The notes under the pieces are model-generated. The model was given only the letters and a program-made list of their open reading frames with translations. It was not told where the DNA came from and ran no database searches. From the NCBI GenBank assembly GCA_003427395.1, contig BFEA01000007.1, forward strand, positions 3,850,577-3,914,576: a stretch of 64,000 bases of DNA. Reading direction: 5' to 3'. Numbering within the stretch: the stretch's first letter is position 1; every line of letters begins with the position of its first letter. The position numbers and the translations under genes were made by a program. The stretch is from Chara braunii. Lineage: Eukaryota > Plantae > Charophyceae. This document shows, one piece after another, positions 13,908 through 24,460 of the stretch.

Positions 13908-13940
<33 letters not shown>

Positions 13941-13941
13941 T
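13841..13941 (+). mobile_element. Short element: diverged LINE 3'-UTR motif B followed by an (AAT)n tail
   Basis: gggacgttggacccggttcc..tgctgcttcccaagaatagattggagcc..tccc aligns with motif B (gggacgctggacccg..tgctccccaccaatagatggagcc..ccc), then (aat)n at 13907-13941. Confidence 0.6.
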
Positions 13942-16900
13942 AGGGTAGCGCTTTTTGCTCCATTTCGGGAACTACTAAAGTTGTCCATTCTGAACGTTGG
14001 GTGTGACTCGAACGCACTTGCCCCCCCCCCCTTAAAAAAAAAAAACAAAAAAAAAAACAAAACAAAAAAAAAACATATGTTTTGTGTTTCATACTCCGCC
14101 AAATTCAAATTTAGCCTCGTACATTTAGTCTTTGGTGTACTGGTGGTTTACACCACCACTACCTCCGATCCTGTTTTTACCGACCTCGAGTTTCACTGCA
14201 CACAGAGTTCTGCTGAGCCTGGGTCCAATTGTGCTTTCTTTTCTGGTACAGTAGCGGACCTCTCGTTGGCCTGTGAGACCAGCCCTTGCCCTGTTCTCAC
14301 AGGCCTGTGTTGTATTCAGGGTATTCCAGTCCAGTCTGGTACCTCTGTCAGTACCGGTCAGTCCAGTCCGGTTCAGTCAGTCCGCTGGGATATAGTTGTT
14401 GTCTGTTTTTTAGATCATTCTACATTCGCACATCTTGGAGTACGTGCGTTGGAGTCTGGCGTGGGAGTTGCGCTGTGCCATCTCGCTCCCCCTTCATCCT
14501 CCATCTCCATCTCTATCCCAGGCGGAGCACCACAACTGATGGGCCCGCCACACTGGTATTGGAGCGGGAACGTTCCCCGCTCCCACCCGCCACACCTCAC
14601 ATCAAGGAAAACGACCAAAACCCGACAGTGGGGTTTTCAACTATTTTTTTGCCGTTTGCAGCGGAAAAACACAGCGCAATCGTGGCAAAATGTGCAGCAG
14701 TGAGGAAGCGACACGTGCCGAAGGAGTTGTCGTCACGACGCGTGCGAGCAAGCGCCAAGGCCAAAGCCGCCGCCGCACACGCATGCGCACGCGCCACACT
14801 GCCCCACCCCGCTCCCGGATTTATTTATCAACATCCGGGATGCATGCTACTGCCAGGGTTCGAACCTGGGCAGCTGATGGCTATGTGTGTGCGTAGCCAC
14901 CTTCATAACACACTCGCCACAGTGTACATATGGTTTGGTAAGGCGGCATGCTGGTGTTGAAGACGTGCCCTGCCGGCTATTTACCCCCCCCCCCCCAACG
15001 GCAGGGAGATACTGTGGCTGATGCTGCCTATGCCCATGGGCATCTGCAGTGCCACGTGGCAATCTGTTGTAGACCGTGAAGACCCCCTGATCAGGGGCTG
15101 CTCTACAGTGGTGAGGATCAGCTCACACAACACACCCTGGATCTGCAGTGTTGCTGCTAGGGGCTGATCAAGATCTCAGCCCCCTCCCTCCTCCAGTTGG
15201 CTTGCTGTAGTAAAGGCCAAGACCCTTCTGGTCTTAGTATACCTTCTGCCTTGGAGACACCAAGGGTCAGGTATCATCCCTGTCTCTTCCCTCTCCCTAC
15301 TAACCCACCTTCTCTACCTTTTCTCTCTCCTTTTACTCACCTCCTCTACTTCTTCCTCTTCTGCCTCACTCACTTCCTTCTAATTACTCTCACCACTCAT
15401 ACCCCTCTCCACACCCCACCTTTTCTCCCTCCACCCACTATTTTACTCTATTTTATTCATTTTTTTTTTCTTTCTCCTCTTTTCCCTGTGCTTTTTTATC
15501 CCTCCCCACCTTTTTCATCCCTTTCTCTCCCATTCTATCACCCTCCTCTCCCCCAACTACAACCCCATCACTTCCCTCATCTCCCCCTTCACGCTTTTTT
15601 TCTCTCTCACCTATTCATCCCCTTTCTCCTTCACTTTTTCATTCCCCTTCCCCCCAACTTCAAAATTTCCTGTTTTTCTTCTGTTTATCTTTCTTTTTAT
15701 TTATATTTCCTCCCTTTTTCCAAAAAATTGAATTATCTCATTCCCCACCTTCTTCTCTAATTTTTTGATTTATTTTATTTTCTTCTTTATTTATTCTGAA
15801 AATTTGAATTTCTTTGCGGCACCCTTAAATCTGATTAGGAGTTAGTTATCTTGCTTTCGACACACATTTTGACCCCGTGGGGGTAACGAAGTGCTGCCAA
15901 AATTTTTGAAAAATCGGACACTTCATTTCTCTTCACCTCCTCATCTACTTATTTATTTATTTATTTCCTAGGTTACTAATGGTCAGGAGACCGGACGTCT
16001 CCCCCGGACGTCAGATACCCCCGTTGTGCGGATTCGTCCAGATTTCTGGACGACGGTTTTTTTGGCACACAAAAAAAAAAAAAAATCATAGTGTTGCGCA
16101 TGTCGTAGAGATCCCCCACAAAAATTTTCAGATTTTTCTGAGCATTTGGTGATAGCTTCAACGAAGAGCAGTTACTGTACTACAATAACCGGTGCCTCAA
16201 CTTCGACAACAACAACTCTTTAATCTTTGTTAGTAGCAGTATCCGTATCCCACCAGCAATACTTCATAGCTAAACAACAGTAAGAGTTAAACAGTTAGGG
16301 CAGGTAAGCAGCGACCTTGACTTGGTGACTCTCATGGCCACGCATCACCACTCATCGAAGCAGAAACGAGTTTTCCGTCTGTCAATCCTTGCTATGTCCG
16401 AACCTGGCCGCTTTAAGGATTTCCCTCTCAGCTCCTCCCTCCTCTTTTCTGAATTCTTCCTCCTTGACTACGCTTTACTCCTTCAGTAAACTTGTCTCAG
16501 GCAACAAGCTCGAGCTTGTTACCGAAAACCAAAATAGAGCCTCAACGGACCACCCTATCAGCAAAATCGAAGGTCCACACAGGCTCGCCGTTGGCCCAGT
16601 CAGCATACTACCATGATTTTGACACAAACCGCTACTAAGAGAAGCATCGTGGAGGAGTTCGATTGAATACCAAAATAACTAACTTGAAAAGAACGTTGCG
16701 ACCCCACTTAGGGAGAGTACCAGCAGAAATCACCACGTCAAGGAATCGTGAAATTAAGGGGAGATTTTCCCGCTAGAACTGGGAAAGATACACTTCGGAT
16801 AACCGGGCAATACTCTTCCGCTAGAACATCGTCGAGCACACGCATGCAGATTACCAGTGTAGCTCGACTCCTGACTCACCCTGCATGGCCTCCCCCTCGA

Positions 16901-17127
16901 GGTAGGTGACCCGCTCTCTCTCCCACTCACTGCCTGTGTCTGATACTAATGCCCGCTGCAGAGGTTGCCTCTCAAGACTGCATTTAGGGGACAACAGAAC
17001 CCCCAGATTTTTCAGTTTGGGTTAGCACACGGCTCGCTGCAGACATGGCCATTATTTAGCCTATGCGAGATCTAAGGGCAGCAGCCCGCCCTCGGGCCTA
17101 CCATAGATCAGAACCATTTTATTGTGA

Positions 17128-17198
17128 TCACTGCCGGATTCGAACTTGCATCTGCATTTCAACACTTTCGCGTGTGGATCAACCGAGCAGCCTGCCAA
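17128..17198 (-). mobile_element. tRNA-derived SINE head
   Basis: Minus strand ggcaggctgctcggttgatccacacgcgaaagtgttgaaatgcagatgcaaGTTCGAATCCggcag has an A-box-like motif and a canonical B box; homologous to the 7540-8020 units. Confidence 0.55.
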
Positions 17199-18958
17199 TA
17201 TGCAAACTGAGGAGGAATATTCAGCAAGAACACCGGTAGATACTCCGCAAGTTCGTGCTGAGGCCGCGCATCACGCATCACTAGTCGTGCCACCTGATAA
17301 CTCTCTGTGTGCGTGTGTGTGTGCAGTCCCTTGCTTATGTGAATGCACCTGGCTTTGAACACGGCCAGGTTCAACGAACTTTCAAAAAAAATCGATAGTG
17401 AGAAAAAAGAGTTGTGCCACAATTGCCATCGGGCAACAGCGCGGTTAGGATGCCTCGGCAACAATCATCCTTTCCCAAATGTGCAAAATGAGTTTGATTC
17501 TTCCACTAAAAACATGGAAGAATAAATCGCTCAATCAAGGCGTTTGCGTGGCTGAAGGAAGCGATCACGCTCACTGTAGGATGGGACGGTGAGCCAGAGG
17601 ACGAACACCACCCGAGCAACCACGAAGAAGGATACGAAACCCGTTGCTGCTCAGAGAAAAAGACCGTGATTTTTTGAAGAAGGCGATCATAAAGATGGCT
17701 CCGCTCCACCGCTCACCAGATCCGTAAAACAAGAATAACTCTCCTCCTACAGTATGGGGGGGGATCCATCACTACGGCCACGAAGACTGCTACGAGGACA
17801 AGAGGAGCACCGCGCCCAACTTTTGGTTCATCCTGCACCGCTAGTCTCCCGTGGTAGGTAATCTCCTTCTCTCTTTCTTTCCCTCTCACTTCCCATTCCT
17901 TTACTCCTTCGTCAGTTTTCCTGCCATCCCCGTAGCCATGCCTTTGGGCGCAGTCCCTATTACTGATCCTGGCCAGCCTACTCTTCAATCGCGAAATCTG
18001 ATGCTCCATCAGATTCGCCATACCTCCAAACCCCGAAATCGAGTCTTCGTTTGCCCGTTTTCACCAAGAAACGGGCGAGATATAAGTTGCTACCCCCACC
18101 ATATCTCACTCTCCCGACACCTCCGCGCACGTACTTTTTTATTTTCCTTTCCTCATGCTCTCCCATTCACCATTCTAATCCCGCCATCGAATTCGCCCGA
18201 CCACACAACCCCCAGTTAGTACTTTCTCTCACTCCATTCCGCTAGCAATTGAGTGAGATATGTGTATATCATTCCCACACACCCACTATCTCCTCCGTCA
18301 TCGTCCTTGCCTTCTTGGCTATTGACCTCTTCAAGTTCAATATTGAACGCACTTGGAGCGGACCTGCGCCCAGGTTCATTCAACCTCCTTTGCACTCTTT
18401 TCTTCTACACAGCCACTTTTGATCTGTCTACATGCTCCTAGATGGGGGAAAAAAAACAAAGGGGAGAGAGAGGGGAAAAAAGAAAAAAAAAAGAAAATAT
18501 GCAATGAACCCAGATCGTGAAGACACTTGTGAACAATGCAAGCCCAGAATATCAAACTGCTGATGATTACCAATAGTCAAAATCGTGTTCAAACAGAATG
18601 AGATGAAAAAATCATACACAAACGAAGAAGAGAGGAGGGAGATTAGACAAAGGAGAGGAAATAAATACAAGGCCCTCTCCTGCTTCAGGCTCCTTCCTCA
18701 ATCACGACCTCACAATCAATAGTCTAGACGAGTATCTGGAGTTGCCTCAATGTGCCACATGGCACGTCCAATCAATCCCTCGTCAGTGCTGGAGCAATGT
18801 CGACATGAAGACAGCCAGGTAAGTATCCACGAACTCTCCTCAGTCCTGTTTTCCTCCCAGAATGACAATGAATAAGAACAGCAATGTCGAACACGTGGCC
18901 CAGCCACGTTAGCAGATGTAACACGTGGCAACAGCCACGTCAGCAGCAATGCGTGGCA

Positions 18959-18994
<36 letters not shown>

Positions 18995-18998
<4 letters not shown>

Positions 18999-19715
18999 AG
19001 ACGCCCCCGTCAGTGTTAGCGGTGCTGATAAGAGCAGCCACTGCTAACACCTGGGGGGGAGCTCCATCTATTGGTGGGGAGCAACACCTGCTGGAAAACG
19101 GGTCCAGCGTCCCTTCCATAGACAGAATTCGAACCATATCAGAAAAACGGAGTTGTGGAATATTCCTGCCAGCATTGATTACCCTGGGGTCCAGGGGATT
19201 GACTGAGCAGGATGTTGGGGGGGCTGAACCTCTTCACCCTGAAGCCGGCGCCAGATACCTGCTGCTACCCCCTAGTTCCTCCCGCCCCCTGTCTTTGAGA
19301 TGTGCCTTCTATTGACGCTGCTGGCCCACTCATACCACTCCCTCCCATTGTATGTCTACCCCTGCCAAAGAACCCCAGTCCCTTTTTTGCTGGAAACCGG
19401 GTCCAGCGTCCCTTAAATTCATCTTTTTTACCGAACAGATAGCTGAGAAAGTGCCTGCCAGTCGGCTCTTCCCCTGCTGCTAGTCTCCAGCTTTTTTCCC
19501 AGGGAGGCTCCATCTATTGGTGGGGAGCGGCACCTGCTGGAAATCGGGTCCAGCGTCCCTGAACTTCATGATAGTCACCAGAACGTTGAGGTTGTTGTAG
19601 GCTGGCAGCATTGATTGCCCTCCAATGAGGGGAGTGACTGCCCATCTACGATCCACCCTTTCCTGTGTGCACCTGCCAGCATTGATTGCCCGGTGGCCCG
19701 GGGATTGACTGTGCT
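18995..19715 (-). ncRNA. Structured LINE 3' UTR made of repeated RNA motifs (A x3, B x2.5, C, terminal hairpin)
   Basis: A at 19672-19711, 19601-19643 and 19165-19211; B at 19501-19560 and 19056-19114, half copy at 19389-19413; C at 19217-19288; terminal stem at 19011-19053; shared with the LINE 3' end at 42985-43510. Confidence 0.6.
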
Positions 19716-19862
19716 GAACTTCCTGTATTGCAAAGAGGGTCTGCAAAAGACTGCCTCTTCAGCCTGCACCAGACCGCCAGATCTTGCATGTTTCCTTTAG
19801 CAGCCGCTTTCTGCTCATCGTGATGCCCGTCCTCCGGATGTGCCACCCGCTCAGTCTGCTCC

Positions 19863-22800
19863 TTACCATTGCATGTCCACCATCGCCAGTTGGTGGGGTG
19901 GGAAAGGGTCAGGGAATTCGGTGGCCGGTCGCAGTGGGATCTCTTGCCCTACCATAGTCCAATCCCTGAAGCAGATGCAGTAGTCCCTTCTGAATTCCTC
20001 CTGGTTACCTTCTGGGGAGGGCTTACCTTCCCACTTGACAGATGCGATCCAGCCCCCGTTTTCGCTGCCCAGCCAATCCCCAGAGAATTGATGGATTGAT
20101 TGTATGATGTCCTTTACAGAGTGGTATAGGTCAAGTTGGGCTTTCGTTTTTTGCCAGTGTATCGTGATTTCTTGTTGGATATATTGCCTTATCATATCTG
20201 TTGACTCTTCCCCGGTTATGCGGACCCCGTCCATAACCAGTATGCATCGTTTTCTCCAAAGGGTCCACATAACCGCTCTTCTTCCCAACTTGAACATGTT
20301 GTTTTCGAAGGTATTATCAGAGGGGGAGGACCATGCCTCGCATAGAATGGCCCGCCAATCCCATGGCCAGTGAGAACCAGTGCCCAATCGAGACCAGATC
20401 CTGTCCCACCATCGCCATGTGAGCACAGCCCCTGGGCATTGCATAAATATGTGCTCTATGGTTTCCGGGATCCTGTGGGAGGGAAAGGCTGTGTGGCATG
20501 ACCTGCACCATGGTAGTGCCAGCCCTTTTTGCTCCAGGTATGTGCGGTCAATCAGCCAGTCGTTGGTGGGCAGGCAGCGGTGTTCTATCTGCCATTGGAG
20601 AGAGGCCATTTTCCCAGGTCTGGATCTTGTGGCCGAGAACCATCGAATCGGGCGAATTGCCTCGCTTCCTATGTTCAGATGTGACCTCCAGCGGGCCTTT
20701 ACTTTGTCCTTGAGGTTCACTTTGGGTCGAAGCAGCCGGTATGTGGCCTTCACTGATAGGGTGTGCAACTTTAGGTTCGTCCCGGTTCTGGGTTTTCGCT
20801 TGGGGACACACTGCCAGTCGTCCGGATCGAAGGGTAGCTCCATCAGGGAAGTGCTTGGCTGGTATGCGAGCCATACGTCTTTATCCCGCAGCACACGTAT
20901 CCTGTGCAGGTCCGCTGTTTTCCACCGTCGGACCACATCAGGATGATAGTGGGTGAGTATATTGTCCTTGCCATCATGGAAGAGGTTTATTAACGTTCCG
21001 TCAGATCTTACCTCCACCACATTGCCCACACTCTCCGGGTCCTCCGGGGCAGCTACCCAATCTCCCTCCATCAGGTGTGGTCCTCTGCGTAGAATGCGCA
21101 CCCAGTCCAGGGGGACTGCATCGGTTAGTAGTTGAACATTCTCTTCAATTTTGTGATTGTACTTTAGTACGGCTCTCAATTGTGGCCCCGTTTTCCAATC
21201 CCCCGCTTCCTTGTCCCATATGTCTTTTATCCGAATTATTCCTTTTTTAACCCAACCATTCCATGGGGAGTCTGAGCTACGATACACCCTGTTGTAGCGG
21301 TCTGTTATCTTCCTGTTCCCAAAGAGGGGCTGGCGCATGACCTCCTCCCACCTGGTTGGTGAGGGTTGATCAGGCAGGGGGAGTTGGCGCCAGGTTTTAA
21401 TGACTCGGGCCCAGAAGTCATCTCTGACCAGGTCCGCGCGTGCCGCATCTCGGGTTGAATCTCGCTCCTTGCGGGGGCGCCTCGGCACCGTCCAAAAGCG
21501 ATCCTCTAGCCAGGTCAAAGGACTAAGCTCTTGTGGTGCCTGAGGGGCGAGCCTGGCTATCTGTTCCAACGCCAGGGCATGCCATGGGAGGTGCTCAGTG
21601 AATAACAATCTTCTGACCCATTGGATAGTTAATGCCGCTATCTGAATATCCGGGTCCAGGATTCCCAGGCCCCCTCTGTCCTTGGGTTGGATTACCGATG
21701 ACCAGGCCACCCTAGTGATGACATTTGCGAGCTCTCCATCTCCTCTCCATAGAAGGGCTACTAATTGCCTTTTAAGTGAGCGGACAGCCTCCTTGCTGAG
21801 GGTCCATATTGCAGATTTGTAGCATAGAGCTGCTAGAACTACACTATTGATCGCGAGCGCTCTGCCAATAAGGGAGGTATGTCGGTTTTTCCACTTAGCC
21901 AGATTTTCTAGAGCTGGTTTTAAAATCCATTTATCATTGGATGCGGGTTTGCCCACCGCTGTCAACCTAATTCCCAGCACTCTGGCTGGGGCCGTTTCAA
22001 GGAGCCATTTGACCTGTCGCAGCTCCGGTGGACGCACTCCTTGATGGTGGATCCACCACCCCAGGGTCTTGCTTCCCCAGTTGGCCGTCATGTCTGAGAC
22101 TGCTGTAAATTGGTCAAATAATCTCCTGATTTCCTCCATGTTTGCTGCAGTAGCATCTATCATGAGAGTCAGATCATCCGCAAACATCGAGCAGATAGGG
22201 ATCGCGTCTTCAGGAATGGCAGAGATCTGCAATCTCCTCAGATCTTTGTTGGCCCGGAGGTTTGCTACCAGCGCCTCCATCACGATGATGAAGAGGAAGG
22301 GTGTCAGAGGGTCCCCTTGGCGGACCGATCTTTGCAGTGGAAAGGCCGGTGCCATCCTGGCATTGACTTGGACGCCCGTAGTGGCGTTGTGGTGTAGTAT
22401 TCGGGTCCATCGCCGGAAGACCGGTCCAATGTTCATTTTTTCCATACATTTATCTAAAAACAGCCAATCAACATGGTCATACGCTTTTTCAAAATCGATG
22501 AAAATAACCGCCACATTCTGCTTGTCTTGCCTTGTTAGTTTCAGAAGTTCATTAACCAGGAGGATGTTGTCTTGAATCCTCCGTCCTGTAACGAACCCGG
22601 TCTGCGTTGGATGGATAATGTCTTCCAGGACTGGAATAAGACGGTTCGCCAGCGCTTTTGCTAACATTTTATAGACCACTGTGAGCAACGTTATTGGTCG
22701 GTAGTTTCTAATGTCCATTTTGTCCCCTTTTTTATGTATCAAGGTAAAGATCCCCTGCCCTACCAACTCCCCCATCTGTCCGGTGTCCCACACCCGGTGA

Positions 22801-24399
22801 TAGAAATCCATGAGGTCCGGGGCCATCCGGGTCCAGAAGGTCTCCCAGAATTCCTTGGGAAATCCATCTATGCCCGGGGTCTTCTCTTCGTCCTTGGACA
22901 GGGGACGATCCAGGTTTGTTTGTTGTTGGCCCGTCAGAGGCTTTTTCAGTGGTTTCAGAAAATCTTCAATTTCTTTCTCCCTGACGTTCCTCTCCCTCTG
23001 AGCACATCTTGAAGTGAACAGATCCTTGAAGAAGGACCTGGCTATCTGTAAACAATGGGGGGTGGAGGTGGCAATATCTTGGTGTCCGGTCCGTGGGTCA
23101 TATAGTGCTTCTATGGTTGTTCTGTGAGACCGTGCTCTAGCCATACCGAAGAATTTCTTATCCATCGTCCCTTCCGTTTGTGATTTTGTCAGTCATCCTC
23201 TTATCCGTGCTCCTTCCCATCGTTGTGTGGCATAGGTCTGGAGTTGTTGTTGTAGCCTTTGAACCTTTGAGCCTTCTCCTTGCTGTGTGAGGGGTGAGTG
23301 TTGCGCACTATGTGGGCTGTCTGGTTGATCCTGGAGCTCCAGTTGCTGAAGTTTTTGGTGAATTTCCATTTCCTGCTGATGATTTCTTGTGGTTAAAAGT
23401 TTGGAGTATTCTTGAGATTTTTCCCCCAGATAGAACAGTCCGTTGTTAAACCAGTCCACGTCTTGCTGGAAGAGCTGTCGTTGTGTGTGCCAGAATGCCC
23501 AGCTGTCCTTAATGTAGTTTTGGAAGGTATTCTGCTTCAAAATGGAGGTATTGAGTTTGTAAAATTCAGGTCCGTGGTCGGGTTTCTGTCGGAACGATAA
23601 GATGACAGAGCACATTTTGTGGTCCAGGCCCGGGTACGGGCTGGCAGGTAAGATTGTTGCGAGGAGCAACGCTCCTACCATGTCTTCTGAGATCAAGATT
23701 AAGTCTATCCGAGACCTCGTTTGGTTCTCAGTGTCAGTCTACGTAGGCACGGGTAGAACCTAGTGTCTGGGTTTAGTCTTCAGAAAGAATCAAACACTTT
23801 TAAGGACAGACATAGCTCGTGGACTATCCTCTCATCCTCTTCCACGTACGTCGGGGTTGGGGACGGTGTTCGCCATCTATCCATCCAACGATCCGGGGCT
23901 GCGTTGCAGTCCCCTGCTATGATGACCGGAATACCCTCCGGGATTTTCGTTTTGAGGTTCTCAAAAAAGTTTCTCCTTTCGCTAATGGCAATTTAAGTGT
24001 AACCAGGATGGACACCCATCGACCTTCTTCCTGATCTACCACCCAGTGCACCGGGTCCGCCTTGGACTCGGGAGGGATCCAGATGGCCACTTCGGCGCTG
24101 CCCGGGTTTGGGGCATGGGCTCTGAACGCCTTATACGGCCACATCATTTGGTGAGCACGATTGTGTTCTGGAGTGTCCATCAGATGTGTTTCCTGGACAC
24201 ATACAATATCTGGCCAGTTCCTGCCTCCCACCCCCCTCATGAGGTCCCAGATTGCATTTTGCTTTTCGGGCTTGCATGAGGCCAAGCCGTTCACGTTTAA
24301 AGACCGCAGATCTAGATCTGCAGCTCTCCTACATTGATTCCAGATGCGGTCCTTTCCGTATATTGCTCTGACCGGATCCATCTTGCTAGGGTTATTCAT
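19863..24399 (-). pseudogene. LINE ORF2: AP endonuclease, reverse transcriptase and C-terminal zf-RVT, disrupted in the endonuclease part
   Basis: APE motifs SLNVNGL, CVQETH, IAGDCN, SRIDL, DHK; RT motifs YRPITLL, DFEKAYD, RQGDPL, FADD; zinc finger CRSC..ETIEHIFMQC; 1100-aa open segment at 19863-23165; frameshift near 23975 and stop at 23193. Confidence 0.95.
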
Positions 24400-24460
24400 C
24401 TGTATTTTGTATTAAGCGTCATGTAGTGGTCCCTCACTGGCGGACCCACGGCAGCAAATC

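Larger units (their letters stand above)
10930..15920. mobile_element. Non-autonomous DNA-transposon-like region with inverted blocks and subterminal repeat clusters
   Basis: taccccccacggggtcaaaaatgtg (about 10960) is inverted at about 15865-15885; internal tandem repeats at 11391-11890 and CCGAAC/GTTCGG clusters at 12596-12933; no transposase seen. Confidence 0.35.

Noticed and set aside
19056-19560. Motif B as a flavivirus xrRNA or HDV-like ribozyme
   Set aside because: The three-way junction is only superficially similar; the diagnostic pseudoknots and catalytic consensus were not found by eye
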